Shown: one piece after another, positions 8,929 to 19,940 of the stretch
Layout: the number at the start of each line of letters is the position of its first letter
Numbering within the stretch: the first letter of the stretch is position 1
Source of the DNA: Crocosphaera sp.
GTDB lineage: Bacteria; Cyanobacteriota; Cyanobacteriia; Cyanobacteriales; Microcystaceae
Assembly: GCF_030064895.1 (NCBI RefSeq)
Contig: NZ_JASJEB010000104.1
Span: 1,745-33,744 of the forward strand
Length of the DNA: 32,000 nt
Direction of reading: 5' to 3'
Translations under genes and position numbers: made by a program
Notes under the pieces: generated by a model
Told to the model about the DNA's origin: nothing
Databases searched by the model: none
Seen by the model: the letters and a program-made list of their open reading frames with translations, nothing else

Positions 8929-10122
8929 ATGAAACTCACTAACCTTCTGCCACTTATCAGAAAAAATAACTATCATAATGGTGCTACGTTGATAGAACTA
9001 TTATTAGGAAGTAGTTTAAGTTCCTTTGTTGTTGGTCTAGCGGGATGGGGTTTAGTACACTCTACAACCCTTGATCAAAAAGCATCAGCAAAAGGTGATA
9101 TTCAATATAATTCTAACCGCGCGTTAGAATTTATTGCAGACGAAGTTAAACTAGGTACCAAAATTGAATCTGATGCAGTTGGAGCTTTATCAGAAGCACC
9201 TGACTTTACTCTTCCTAATGGAGCAAAACCCATTCTTGTTGTACAAGTACAAGGTTTGGAGCAACCGGTTATTTACTATACAAAACAAGCAGAAGGTATT
9301 TGGGATGGTCCTTATATGATGGAGCGATGGGGTCCTGATTTTAATGCAGAGGGAGAATATTATCCAACGCAAATTAATGACCCTAAAACTTGGAAAGCTC
9401 ATGTTGTAATGGATAGAATTGATGACACACCAGAAACTCCAAATTGTCCCAGAGATTGGCGAGCAAGTAATAGTAATTCAACTCGAGGATTTAATGCTTG
9501 TGTTAATCCCAATGAAAAACTGGTAAAACTGAACATAGCAACTACTGTGGATAACAAAACTTGGCAGAATAATGTTAATTATCAAGTTGAAACTATGGCT
9601 TTTGCTAGAAGTAGTATGTTTACTATTATAAGTAAAAAGTTAATTCCTAATACACCTTCTGATATCACGTTTGAAGTTTTAGGAGGTGAGATTACTTGTG
9701 GTACAGGAGGGGGAAATATTCCTGTTCAAACGAATCTTTATATTAATGAAAATAAGCAAACTTGGAACACGAATTCTGCTTTAACTTTACCCAATCAAGC
9801 AGCCGGAACTACTTTTGATGTGGAATCAATTTCAGGGGATGGCTCAATTTGTAATGGTTTAGGAATGACTGTGTCTACCACTGATGAGAATACATCACAG
9901 CTTCAGGTTTTGGTTAATGGTGACGATGTCCCTAATATTACCCCTTTTGCTAATCAAAATACTATTGATTTCTTTTTACAACAGTATGTAGAAAATGGCA
10001 AAATAAAAATTGCTGAAAACCAGGCTATCTATTTATTTGAGTTAGGAGTAACTAATCAAAACTCACCCGCTTTTGATTTACAAGATAATGTTGTTTTGGC
10101 AACGGTTGAACCGTCTAATTAA
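8929..10122 (+). CDS. Prepilin-type protein with N-terminal methylation/cleavage motif (minor pilin-like)
   Basis: 397 aa; N-terminus ...KNNYHNG|ATLIELLLGSSLSSFVVGLAGWGLV. Confidence 0.78.
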   Translation: MKLTNLLPLIRKNNYHNGATLIELLLGSSLSSFVVGLAGWGLVHSTTLDQKASAKGDIQYNSNRALEFIADEVKLGTKIESDAVGALSEAPDFTLPNGAKPILVVQVQGLEQPVIYYTKQAEGIWDGPYMMERWGPDFNAEGEYYPTQINDPKTWKAHVVMDRIDDTPETPNCPRDWRASNSNSTRGFNACVNPNEKLVKLNIATTVDNKTWQNNVNYQVETMAFARSSMFTIISKKLIPNTPSDITFEVLGGEITCGTGGGNIPVQTNLYINENKQTWNTNSALTLPNQAAGTTFDVESISGDGSICNGLGMTVSTTDENTSQLQVLVNGDDVPNITPFANQNTIDFFLQQYVENGKIKIAENQAIYLFELGVTNQNSPAFDLQDNVVLATVEPSN

Positions 10123-10876
10123 CTTTTCTCTTGTTTATTAGAGTCTTATCCTCATCAAATTTTCTTGACAGCAAAAATCTCTTCTACACTCAATTTTAAC
10201 TCAGAAAAAATCAACGATTAGATTCTCTGTTTTTCTCTAAAAAATCTTTTTTCGTAGTGATCGCCTTCTAAAGATACCGTCATTAACGATGGAGTTTAAA
10301 AATCAACAACGGGTTAAGGTGGATTATTTCGGTGTAGCAATATTATTTTTGTTGGGAGTTGTACAATAATTTAATTTTTACTTGAAACACATTTTTGTAT
10401 TTTTGTCAAGTTATAAGCAATCACACTTAGCTATTATTTAGTACAAAAGTTCAAAATAAGTACTGAAAATAGTAATTTATCCCTTAAACAGGAAGCTACA
10501 ATAACGAAAGAATCATAGTTATAGATGCTTTTCTGAAAATTACACAGAAAGGCTACAGATTTTTATTCTTGTCCATCATACCACAAAGGCTTGACTTCGT
10601 TACTTATTAAGAATAATTTTCATTAGTTGTCAAGAGCAGTAAAATACGAATCTTTTATATTTTAAAATTTAATAAAATAAAAGATAATAAAAACTTATAT
10701 AATGAGGCGATTTATGATCATTTCAGCAAAATAGTTCACTTGTCCCTTCCATATTTAGTGTCTTATGCCTAATATTGTAGATCCAAACGCTACATATAGA
10801 GCATGGTCAGTATCAATCTTAAGTTTTGGCCTTGCGTTATGAAGTTTGTCGGAATTCAATTGTCGGGAGAAGGAAA

Positions 10877-13800
10877 ATGAACCATCAACAAGAATGGTTA
10901 AATAGTTGCGTTGATCAGCAAGTAATAGAACTAAATGTAAGGAGCTTAGAAGGGATGTCCCCTTGCGAGCATTTATTATACTCAGATGAGCTTCCCCGAC
11001 GGAACGATGGCAGACTAAGTAACTATATTTTACAGCGTTATCAACACACAGAATTAGGGGGTTGGTGGTGTTCAGGAATTGATGTGATGACGGGAGATAA
11101 GGACCTTTGGGGATGTTTTAAACCGGAGCAACCACGCTTAAGTTATGACCAGGGTAAACCCATCAAGTATGAACATCCACCCCAAACCACTACAGGTATC
11201 TTTGCTTTAAGAGTCCCCTTACATCTTTGGAAGACTATTGCGCAACAGTATGACATTGAGTTTACCCCGGACATGGTTGATTACAGGCAACCAGACGGAG
11301 GCTTTTGGCAATGGGTGATAGCTCATCCTTCTATTCCCCTTTGTATTACAGAAGGAGCCAAAAAAGCAGGAGCTTTATTAAGTGCCGGATATGTAGCGAT
11401 CGCTCTTCCTGGGATTAATAATGGTTATCGTACCCCCAAAGATAAACAAGGAAATCGTATCGGTAAATCTTATTTAATTCCTCAGTTACAGAAGTTAAGT
11501 TCTGGGAGAAGAGAAATTTATCTAACTTTTGATCAAGACAGTAAACCCAATACTATCAAAGCGGTTAATCATGCCATTAGAAAGTTAGGTTATTTGTTAA
11601 GCCAAACAGGATCTAAAGTTAAAGTGATACATTGGCAACCAGAGCAAGGTAAAGGGGTGGATGATCTGTTGTTTCATCAAGGCAAAAAAGTCTTTGATGA
11701 CTGTTATCAAAAATCCTTACCATTAGAGTTATGGAAAGCAAGAGAGTTTACCCAATTAACCCATGGAGTAAGTGTAGAGGTTAATAGTCGTTATCTTCCT
11801 AATTTAGTTATTCCTGATACGGCCAAATTAATTGGTATTAAGTCTGCTATTGGTACAGGGAAGACCGAAGCATTAGCAAAAATTGTTCGACAAGCGATCT
11901 GCAATAAGCAAAAAGTTTTAGTTATCGGCCATCGCATTAAATTAGTTGAACAGTTATGTCAACGTTTTGGACTTCCTTATATTACAGATATCAAGGATAA
12001 TTCTTTTGGTAAATCATTAGGGTATGGATTATGTATTGACTCTTTACACGAAAATTCTCAAGCTAATTTTAATCCTGAAGACTGGCAAGATGCGTTAGTT
12101 ATTATTGATGAAATAGAACAAGTTATTTGGCACGCTTTAAACTCCCAAACCTGTAGCAATAAACGTGTTGATATTTTGAAATGTTTTAAGCAACTTATGC
12201 AAACTATTGTAGGCAGTCAAGGTAATATTTTTGTTGCTGATGCTGACTTAAGTGATGTTTCCTTGGACTACTTAATAGCTTTATCAGGAATTGATATAAA
12301 ACCGTTTATTATTCAAAATTATTGGAAACCAGCCCAAAAAGAAACATGGTCAGGTTATCATTATCCAGAAACAACCCCTAAACGTTTTCTTAAAGATTTA
12401 GTCGAACATATTCGAGAAGGAGGTAAACCATTTATTTGTTTATCTGCTCAAAAACTTACTAGTAAATGGGGAACTCAAACCTTAGAATCTTATTTCAAAA
12501 AACAATTTCCTGATGCTAAAATTTTACGCATTGATTCCCAATCATTAACCGATCCCAATCATCCTGCTTATCAATGTATTACCCAACTTGATGAGGTATT
12601 AATTAACTATGATATTGTTTTAAATAGTCCCGCTATTGAAACAGGAATTAGTATTGATATAAAAGAACATTTTAGTTCAGTTTGGTGTCTTGCTCAAGGA
12701 GTACAAACTCCCACATCTGTAATTCAATCTTTAGGAAGAATAAGAGATAATATACCCCGTTATCTTTGGTTAGCTTCCTATGGATTTAATAAAGTAGGAA
12801 ATGGAGCAACATCTATTCCTATTTTATTAACATCAGGTCATCGTTTAACCAACTTAAATATTAGATTATTACAACAATCTGATTTAGAATCATTAGACGA
12901 CTTAGATACAGGTTTTCAAGCAGAATCTTTATTATGTTGGGGAAAAATAGCTGTAAGAGTTAATGCACAAATGATTCATTATCGAGAAACAATAATCAGA
13001 ATTATTCAATCCAAAAATCATCGAATAGATATATCTAAAAGAAAGAAAAAAAATAAGACAAAAACAGTAAATAAAAGCAAAACAAAATATCCTAAGGCAA
13101 ACAATAAACTCATAGAAACTATTGAAGAAGTAAGACGCAAAAATTATCAATTAGAATGTGAACAAATTGCTCAATCTCCAGACTTAAACGAGACAGAATA
13201 TCAAAAAATAAAAAAATCTTTAATAAAAACCAATAAAGAAAGAAGAAAAATAAAAAAATATGATTTAAAACGTCGTTATTGTCTTCCAGTTACTCCTAAA
13301 TTAGTCGCTTTAGATAATGAAGGTTGGTATCAAAAAATTAGACTACATTACTTCTTAACAAAAGGCCGCAATTATTTAGCAGATAGAGATGCAATGAATG
13401 CTAAACAATTAATTGAAAAAGGACAAGGAAGTATCTTTTTACCCGATTTTAATAATAGTCAATTTGGTGCAATTATTGGCACAATGGAAGTATTAGGACT
13501 TCCTGTGTTATTAAAAGATATTAATCGTAAGTTAATCAATATTGATTCAGATTTAATAAAGATGGCAACCTTGGCTATCAATAATAGACAAGACATAAAA
13601 ACAATTATGGGAATTGGTATTGCCAAAAATGCTAGTCCAATTACTATTATTAGACGACTTTTAGATAAAATAGGATATGGTTTAACCTGTTGTGGAACCA
13701 AAACAATAAATAAGAAAAGAGTACGACTTTATCAAGTCGTTACTCCCAATGATGAACGAGAACAAGTCTTTCAACAATGGCTATTAAAAGACCAAAATAC

Positions 13801-13915
13801 TCCAGGAACTTCTGAACCTTGGTTTGAAGCTTATCTCTTGCCAAAATCTCAAAATGAAGATATCTCAAATAGTAGTAAACATATTCAGTTGAGTCTAAAT
13901 TTTGCTACTGAATAG
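10877..13915 (+). CDS. Plasmid replication protein-like, DUF3854/CyRepA1-type (toprim-like + helicase-like)
   Basis: LCITEGAKKAGALLSAGYVAIALPGI and GRREIYLTFDQDSKPNTIKAV (toprim-like), GIKSAIGTGKTEALAKIV (Walker A), DALVIIDEIEQVIWHAL (Walker B-like), AIETGISIDIKEHFSSVWCLAQGVQTPTSVIQSLGRIRD. ATG at 10877 is preceded by GGAGAAGG; the track start 10826 is a TTG further upstream. Confidence 0.82.
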   Translation: MNHQQEWLNSCVDQQVIELNVRSLEGMSPCEHLLYSDELPRRNDGRLSNYILQRYQHTELGGWWCSGIDVMTGDKDLWGCFKPEQPRLSYDQGKPIKYEHPPQTTTGIFALRVPLHLWKTIAQQYDIEFTPDMVDYRQPDGGFWQWVIAHPSIPLCITEGAKKAGALLSAGYVAIALPGINNGYRTPKDKQGNRIGKSYLIPQLQKLSSGRREIYLTFDQDSKPNTIKAVNHAIRKLGYLLSQTGSKVKVIHWQPEQGKGVDDLLFHQGKKVFDDCYQKSLPLELWKAREFTQLTHGVSVEVNSRYLPNLVIPDTAKLIGIKSAIGTGKTEALAKIVRQAICNKQKVLVIGHRIKLVEQLCQRFGLPYITDIKDNSFGKSLGYGLCIDSLHENSQANFNPEDWQDALVIIDEIEQVIWHALNSQTCSNKRVDILKCFKQLMQTIVGSQGNIFVADADLSDVSLDYLIALSGIDIKPFIIQNYWKPAQKETWSGYHYPETTPKRFLKDLVEHIREGGKPFICLSAQKLTSKWGTQTLESYFKKQFPDAKILRIDSQSLTDPNHPAYQCITQLDEVLINYDIVLNSPAIETGISIDIKEHFSSVWCLAQGVQTPTSVIQSLGRIRDNIPRYLWLASYGFNKVGNGATSIPILLTSGHRLTNLNIRLLQQSDLESLDDLDTGFQAESLLCWGKIAVRVNAQMIHYRETIIRIIQSKNHRIDISKRKKKNKTKTVNKSKTKYPKANNKLIETIEEVRRKNYQLECEQIAQSPDLNETEYQKIKKSLIKTNKERRKIKKYDLKRRYCLPVTPKLVALDNEGWYQKIRLHYFLTKGRNYLADRDAMNAKQLIEKGQGSIFLPDFNNSQFGAIIGTMEVLGLPVLLKDINRKLINIDSDLIKMATLAINNRQDIKTIMGIGIAKNASPITIIRRLLDKIGYGLTCCGTKTINKKRVRLYQVVTPNDEREQVFQQWLLKDQNTPGTSEPWFEAYLLPKSQNEDISNSSKHIQLSLNFATE

Positions 13916-14016
13916 GAGATGGGGAGATGGGGAGATGGGGAGACGGGGAGATGGGGAGATGGGGAGATGGGGAGACGGGGAGATGGGGAGATGGGGAGAT
14001 GGGGAGACGGGGAGTC
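13915..14016. repeat. (GGGGAGAT)n minisatellite, about 12 units, with a 32-bp higher-order repeat (three T-type units then one C-type)
   Basis: Units read directly: partial GGAGAT, then T,T,C,T,T,T,C,T,T,T,C variants of GGGGAGAY, then GGGGAGTC. Confidence 0.97.
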
Positions 14017-14078
14017 AATCCATTCCTCAACTATTAATAAACATAAAAATTCTACATTTTTATGACTTAATTCTAAAT

Positions 14079-14897
14079 TTATTCGATCCTTTCTTCAATT
14101 TCCGCCGGTTTTTTCATAACCAGGGGCTTTTTCTCCAACTCTGGCAAAGCTAATACCTCCCGTTGGTGTTGTTTAACAGGTGTAGGCATTAACATGGGTA
14201 AAGGTTCTTGATCTTCGTCTTCGCGCCAGTAACTCGCCACAGGTAACGTATGTTCTAAATCTTCTAAGAGTCTGGGAATGATCATCATGGCGTGTAATTC
14301 GCCAATTTTCTCCGCTTCGTGCATTCCTGCTTCAATGGCTACGGCCACATTGGCAACTGTTCCGCGAATAATAGCCGTACAGAGTCCATCACCAATAATC
14401 TCGTAAGAAGCCAACTGCACATCAGCCGACTTTAACATCGCATCAGCCGCACCAACCATAGCAGGAAAGCCTCTGGTTTCGATCAGTCCGATAGAACGAT
14501 TACTGAGACGACTATAACCCTGTTGTTGTTGGGCCATTTCTACTAAATGACTCCCAATAGGAAAAACTGCCTCTAGATTAGGCATAGGACGAGGAATGAC
14601 CAACTTAGAAATTAATTGACCGAACTTTTCCGCCGTTTTTGCCCCTTCTTCCACCGCTAAACGAACATTAGCCACCTTACCCCGTACAATAGCGGTACAG
14701 TGTCCACTACCGATTTTTTCGTATCCCACTAAGGTCACATCTGCTGATTTGAGCATCATATCGGCAGTTCCGACAATGGCAGGGAAACTATGGGTTGAAA
14801 TAAGGCCAAGTGCGCTATCACTGGGTAAGTGAGATGATTTCATGCTAGATTGTGATTGTGAGGCGTAACGGTGGTTAGAATTAGCAAGACTTGTCAT
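14079..14897 (-). CDS. ccmO: Carboxysome shell protein CcmO (tandem BMC domains)
   Basis: 272 aa; two copies of the BMC fold: ALGLISTHSFPAIVGTADMMLKSADVTLVGYEKIGSGHCTAIVRG and SIGLIETRGFPAMVGAADAMLKSADVQLASYEIIGDGLCTAIIRG. Confidence 0.93.
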   Translation of the reverse strand: MTSLANSNHRYASQSQSSMKSSHLPSDSALGLISTHSFPAIVGTADMMLKSADVTLVGYEKIGSGHCTAIVRGKVANVRLAVEEGAKTAEKFGQLISKLVIPRPMPNLEAVFPIGSHLVEMAQQQQGYSRLSNRSIGLIETRGFPAMVGAADAMLKSADVQLASYEIIGDGLCTAIIRGTVANVAVAIEAGMHEAEKIGELHAMMIIPRLLEDLEHTLPVASYWREDEDQEPLPMLMPTPVKQHQREVLALPELEKKPLVMKKPAEIEERIE

Positions 14898-15330
14898 TTA
14901 ATCCTGTCCGTATTGGTAGGTGGTGAAGGGTAATATCAAATTTTGTTTATATATTTCTATCTTAGTTTATTTTTTTTGATATACAGTGCCGATAGGCACG
15001 CTTATTTTTTCATATAAAACTGATAATAGTTGATTTTAGGTTAACTCATCAACTCAATGGTGTTAGAGGGGTGATGGGACTTTGACATTAAAGCATCCTT
15101 AAAATTTTGCTAAAAGAGAACGATAACTTAGCTGAACCGATAAAATAAGGAAGGTTAGTCGTTAATAACGATATTCACTCGCTCAGGGGATGAACCCCTT
15201 AAAGTTGAATTTACCCATCAATGTCAGCAAAATTGCCAAAATTATCCTGACATCATCGATCGTTTCGATGGGTCTTGTTACTTAACATTACCTTTGAATC
15301 GCAAAAAGTCCTTCGAGGTTGCTACTAATT

Positions 15331-18300
15331 ATGGTTGGTGAAGCGTCACAGTCCACAGTTAAAGAGATTAACGAGATTAACGAGATTAACATTTTTTCAA
15401 CATCCGATCTATTCTTACGTCAGCGTCTAGAATTAGTGGAAAGTTTATGGGAATCAGTATTAAAAGCTGAATGTGGTCTAGAATTAGTAGACTTGTTAAA
15501 AAAATTACGAAAAATCTCCTCACCAGAAGGACAAGTTACCAATCAACCCAAAACCTCCATCAATGAACTCATAGAAGAGTTAGAACTTAACGAAGCTATC
15601 CGCGCAACTAGAGCATTTGCCCTATATTTTCAGTTAATTAATATTGTTGAACAACATTACGAACAAAGAGATCAACAACTGAACCGACGAGCTACCTATC
15701 AAGCATCAGAAAAAGCTAGAGAAAATAATAAAATAGGAGAAAAACAAAGTAATGGCTCATTTGGAGCCGACTTATTAGAAAAAGCCCTAGTTGGAGAAAC
15801 AAAAAGTCAAGAAAAAGGCGGAACCTTTCACTGGTTATTCCCCCAATTAAAACGCTTAAACGTCCCCCCCCAACAAATTCAACGATTATTAGAACAACTC
15901 GATATACGCCTCGTTTTTACCGCTCACCCCACCGAAATTGTTCGTCATACCATCAGACTCAAACAAAGAAGAATAGCCACCTTGCTGCGGCGTTTAGACC
16001 AAGCAGAAGAAGCATTTAGGGGCATGGGTCTAAATAGTTCCTGGGAAGCAGAATCAATCACGGAACAACTCAACGAAGAAATACGCCTCTGGTGGCGTAC
16101 TGATGAACTGCATCAGTTTAAACCCAGTGTTCTCGACGAAGTAGACTACACCCTACACTATTTTGATGAAGTGTTATGTAATGCCCTACCCCAACTCTCT
16201 CAAAGACTGCAACAGGCCCTAAACGCAAATTTTCCCTGGATTAAACCCCCCCATAATACCTTCTGTCGCTTTGGGTCATGGGTAGGAGGCGATCGCGACG
16301 GAAACCCCTTCGTTACAACAGACATCACCTGGCGAACCGCTTGTTATCAACGCAACTTAATTCTAGAAAAATATTTAGCAGCCATCGAAGATTTAACAGA
16401 AATTTTAAGCTCATCTCTGCACTGGAGTAACGTTTCTCAGGACCTCTTAGACTCCCTAGAACGCGATCGCGTGGCCATGCCTGAAATATACGATCAACTA
16501 GCTATCCGCTATCGCCAAGAACCCTATCGCCTTAAATTAGCTTATGTTCAAAAACGACTAGAAAATACACGCGATCGCAACAATCATCTGGCCAAACCTG
16601 AACAACAACAAATTTTAAGCGAAGAAACCCCCCAAAATATCTACCAGTCCGGGGCAGAATTTGAAGCAGAATTACAACTAATTAAACGTAATTTAGAAGA
16701 AACGGGCTTAAAATGCCAAGCATTAGAAAATCTGCTTTTTCAAGCGCAAATGTTCGGCTTTACCCTAACACAATTAGATTTTCGCCAAGAATCTTCCCGT
16801 CACTCAGAAACCATTCAAACCATTGCCAATTATTTAAACATCTTACCCCGTCCCTACGGAGAACTATCCGAAGCAGAAAAAGTCAATTGGTTAGTAGGGG
16901 AACTACAAACCCGTCGTCCCTTGATACCTATGGAAATGCCCTTCGATGAGAAAACCATCGAAACCATCGAAACCATGCGGATGTTGCGCTACTTACAACA
17001 AGAATTTGGCATAGAAATTTGTCAAACCTATATCATTAGTATGACCAACGATGTCAGCGATGTCCTAGAAGTATTATTATTAGCCAAAGAAGCCGGACTA
17101 TACGACCCCGGAACCAGTACCACCACCATTCGCATCGTTCCCCTCTTTGAAACCGTAGACGACTTAAAACGGGCCCCTGAGATCATGGAAGCCTTGTTTA
17201 AATTACCCTTATATCGTGCTGCTTTAGCTGGAGGGTACGACTACTTAGACGAAGACAAAAAAGAACAATTACCTCCCCCTGAACTGCAACCGGCAAACCT
17301 ACAAGAGATCATGGTAGGTTACTCCGACAGTAACAAAGACTCAGGTTTCCTCAGCAGTAACTGGGAAATACATAAAGCCCAAAAATCCCTACAAAAAGTT
17401 GCAGAACCCTACAATTTAGCCTTAAGACTGTTTCATGGTCGTGGTGGTTCCGTAGGACGAGGAGGAGGGCCAGCTTACGCTGCTATTTTAGCCCAACCCA
17501 CCGGCACCATTAACGGACGCATCAAAATCACCGAACAAGGGGAAGTCTTAGCCTCTAAATACTCCCTACCGGAACTCGCTTTATATAACCTAGAAACGGC
17601 AACTACGGCGGTGATCCAAGGAAGTTTACTGGGCAGTGGGTTCGATGATATTGACCCTTGGAACGAGATCATGGAAGAATTGGCCAGTAGTGCCAGAAAA
17701 GCCTATCGTAGTTTGATTTATGAACACGCGGACTTCTTAGACTTCTTCCTCTCTGTCACCCCTATCCCCGAAATTAGCCAATTACAGATTAGTTCTCGCC
17801 CGGCCAGACGGAAAAGTGGTAAAAAAGATTTAAGTACCTTACGGGCTATTCCTTGGGTGTTTAGTTGGACCCAAAGTCGTTTTCTGTTGCCAGCTTGGTA
17901 TGGTGTCGGAACCGCGTTAGAAAACTTTTTAGAACAGGAACCCGAGGCAAATTTGAAATTGTTTAAATATTTTTACTTGAAATGGCCATTCTTTAAAATG
18001 GTTATTTCTAAAGTAGAAATGACCCTTTCTAAAGTAGATTTACAAATTGCTCACCACTACGTTAAAGAACTTTCTAACCCCGAAGATATAGAACGATTTG
18101 AAAAGGTATTTGAGCGTATTTCCCAAGAATATTATCGTACCTGTCAGATGATTTTAAACATCACTGGAAACACCAAATTATTAGATGGAGATGTCAGTTT
18201 ACAGCGATCGGTACAGTTAAGAAATGGAACTATTGTTCCCCTTGGTTTCTTACAAGTATCTCTCTTGAAACGATTACGTCAATATACTCGTCAAGCAGAG

Positions 18301-18399
18301 TCAGGAGTTATCCACTTCCGTTATTCTAAAGAAGAATTATTACGGGGTGCATTACTAACCATTAATGGTATTGCTGCAGGAATGCGGAATACTGGTTGA
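15331..18399 (+). CDS. ppc: Phosphoenolpyruvate carboxylase
   Basis: About 1022 aa; [63 protein letters not shown]-terminal [18 protein letters not shown] at 15331 preferred over the TTG at 15319. Confidence 0.98.
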   Translation: MVGEASQSTVKEINEINEINIFSTSDLFLRQRLELVESLWESVLKAECGLELVDLLKKLRKISSPEGQVTNQPKTSINELIEELELNEAIRATRAFALYFQLINIVEQHYEQRDQQLNRRATYQASEKARENNKIGEKQSNGSFGADLLEKALVGETKSQEKGGTFHWLFPQLKRLNVPPQQIQRLLEQLDIRLVFTAHPTEIVRHTIRLKQRRIATLLRRLDQAEEAFRGMGLNSSWEAESITEQLNEEIRLWWRTDELHQFKPSVLDEVDYTLHYFDEVLCNALPQLSQRLQQALNANFPWIKPPHNTFCRFGSWVGGDRDGNPFVTTDITWRTACYQRNLILEKYLAAIEDLTEILSSSLHWSNVSQDLLDSLERDRVAMPEIYDQLAIRYRQEPYRLKLAYVQKRLENTRDRNNHLAKPEQQQILSEETPQNIYQSGAEFEAELQLIKRNLEETGLKCQALENLLFQAQMFGFTLTQLDFRQESSRHSETIQTIANYLNILPRPYGELSEAEKVNWLVGELQTRRPLIPMEMPFDEKTIETIETMRMLRYLQQEFGIEICQTYIISMTNDVSDVLEVLLLAKEAGLYDPGTSTTTIRIVPLFETVDDLKRAPEIMEALFKLPLYRAALAGGYDYLDEDKKEQLPPPELQPANLQEIMVGYSDSNKDSGFLSSNWEIHKAQKSLQKVAEPYNLALRLFHGRGGSVGRGGGPAYAAILAQPTGTINGRIKITEQGEVLASKYSLPELALYNLETATTAVIQGSLLGSGFDDIDPWNEIMEELASSARKAYRSLIYEHADFLDFFLSVTPIPEISQLQISSRPARRKSGKKDLSTLRAIPWVFSWTQSRFLLPAWYGVGTALENFLEQEPEANLKLFKYFYLKWPFFKMVISKVEMTLSKVDLQIAHHYVKELSNPEDIERFEKVFERISQEYYRTCQMILNITGNTKLLDGDVSLQRSVQLRNGTIVPLGFLQVSLLKRLRQYTRQAESGVIHFRYSKEELLRGALLTINGIAAGMRNTG

Positions 18400-18425
18400 T
18401 ACTTTGAATTATTATTAATTGACCT

Positions 18426-19490
18426 ATGGACAATCGTTTTAAAGTCATTGAAATTGTTGATCTGATCATCAGACTATTTCTGATTGGATTATTATTAGCT
18501 TGGTGTTTTCTACTCATTCGTCCTTTTATCGGGATTGTCCTCTGGGGAATTATTTTGGCTATCGCTATTTTTCCCCTATTTTTATGGTTAAAAAACCTTT
18601 TCGGGGGACGAGGAAAATTAGCAGGGGTTATCCTAACTTTATTGGGGGTAGGAGTGATTGTTGGACCGGTTAGTATTATTGCTACTATTTTCGTCAATAA
18701 TGCTCAAACCTTTGCAGATAGTCTTGCTTCTGGTAGTTTAGCTGTTCCTCCTCCCCCCGAAGGAATCGAAACATGGCCAGTGATTGGAGAAAGAATTAAT
18801 AGGATTTGGGAATTAGCATCGGTTAATTTGGCCTCAGTCTTAGGTAAATTTAAACCCCAGTTAGAAGCATTAACAAAAAACTTATTATTTTTGGCCGCTA
18901 ATATTGGGGTGGTGTTATTGAAGTTTATTATTTCGATTATTATTGCCGGAATTTTAGTTATGAATGCAGAGAAATTAAATTCTCGTATTAGACAAGTTTT
19001 TCTGCGAATAACCCCCAAACAAGGTCAAGAATTTTTACAATTAGCTACTGGTACTATTCGGGGGGTAACACGGGGTATTATTGGGGTTTCTGCGTTGCAA
19101 AGTCTTCTTATTGGTATTGGTTTATTACTAGGAGGAATTCCTTTTGCTGGTTTATTAACCCTATTATGTTTAGTTTTGACTATTATTCAAATTGGACCGG
19201 GTTTAGTGGTTTTTCCAGCAATTATTTTTGCTTGGTCAACTATGGGAAAGCTTACTGCATTATTGTTTACACTGTGGATGGTTCCTTGTACCTTGGTTGA
19301 TAATATCCTTAAACCTATATTAATGTCCAAAGGTTTACCTGTTCCCACTATTGTCATCTTAATTGGTGTTTTAGGAGGAACTTTAGTCCACGGAATTTTA
19401 GGGTTATTTATTGGTCCAGTTGTTCTTAGTTTAGGGTATGAATTATTAGTTGCTTGGGTTAATCAAGATTTACAACCCAATACCGATTAG
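18426..19490 (+). CDS. AI-2E family transporter / YdiK-PerM-like membrane protein
   Basis: 354 aa polytopic; GVIRGVTRGIIGVSALQSLLIGIGLLLGGIPFAGLL-type region, and DNILKPILMSKGLPVPTIVILIGVLGGTLVHGILGLFIGPVVLSLGYEL. Confidence 0.9.
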   Translation: MDNRFKVIEIVDLIIRLFLIGLLLAWCFLLIRPFIGIVLWGIILAIAIFPLFLWLKNLFGGRGKLAGVILTLLGVGVIVGPVSIIATIFVNNAQTFADSLASGSLAVPPPPEGIETWPVIGERINRIWELASVNLASVLGKFKPQLEALTKNLLFLAANIGVVLLKFIISIIIAGILVMNAEKLNSRIRQVFLRITPKQGQEFLQLATGTIRGVTRGIIGVSALQSLLIGIGLLLGGIPFAGLLTLLCLVLTIIQIGPGLVVFPAIIFAWSTMGKLTALLFTLWMVPCTLVDNILKPILMSKGLPVPTIVILIGVLGGTLVHGILGLFIGPVVLSLGYELLVAWVNQDLQPNTD

Positions 19491-19685
19491 TGTTGAGAAT
19501 GAGTAATTAATAATTATTTCATTAATATAATAACTCAATCTTTGTATAGACATTTAGATGTGCTGTGTCTATACATTAAGATTGAGTCTGGATAAATACC
19601 AATATTAAAGAATGCAAAATTAGTTTTTCCAGATAAGGTTAGGGAATCATCAACTAGAAGATAGGTATAGTTAAATTAGCCAAAA

Positions 19686-19940
19686 TTAGTGATCGTGACT
19701 GTGTGAACCAGCTACATTCATGACAACTTGATAAAATTCAGGATCACAGGAATCTCCTCTATCACAAATAGTTCCTTGCATTTTTACTACTTCATAAGAT
19801 GTAAATTCTAAATCTTTATGTGGTCCAGATGGATCTTTCAATTGTTTAATACCTTGAGCGACAGCATCGTCAAAACTTTGGTCAGAACTGGCAATAATGG
19901 TGATCACATCTTGATGCTCATTTTTATGAGTGCCTTTCAT
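19686..19940 (-). CDS. Dodecin-like small protein with Cys-containing insertion
   Basis: 84 aa; SFDDAVAQGIKQLKDP...LEFTSYEVVKMQGTICDRGDSCDPEFYQVVMNVAG. Confidence 0.55.
   Translation of the reverse strand: MKGTHKNEHQDVITIIASSDQSFDDAVAQGIKQLKDPSGPHKDLEFTSYEVVKMQGTICDRGDSCDPEFYQVVMNVAGSHSHDH

Noticed and set aside
10289-10369. Tiny ORF MEFKNQQRVKVDYFGVAILFLLGVVQ
   Set aside because: Too short and without recognisable family or clear ribosome-binding site; could be a membrane micropeptide but unsupported.
10123-10876. Looked for iterons or a replication origin upstream of the Rep-like gene
   Set aside because: Only AT-rich sequence without clear tandem or phased direct repeats by eye.
13902-14153. 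83-aa ORF MLLNRRWGDGEMGRRGDGEMGRWG...
   Set aside because: Almost entirely a translation of the GGGGAGAT tandem array; no independent coding evidence.
14986-14999. GTGCC-GATA-GGCAC hairpin
   Set aside because: Short 5-bp stem, wrongly placed for termination of ccmO; likely chance.
16713-19018. Minus- and plus-strand ORFs overlapping ppc and the AI-2E transporter (16713-16949, 17475-17672, 18362-18697, 18704-19018)
   Set aside because: Overlap strongly conserved genes and show no family signature.
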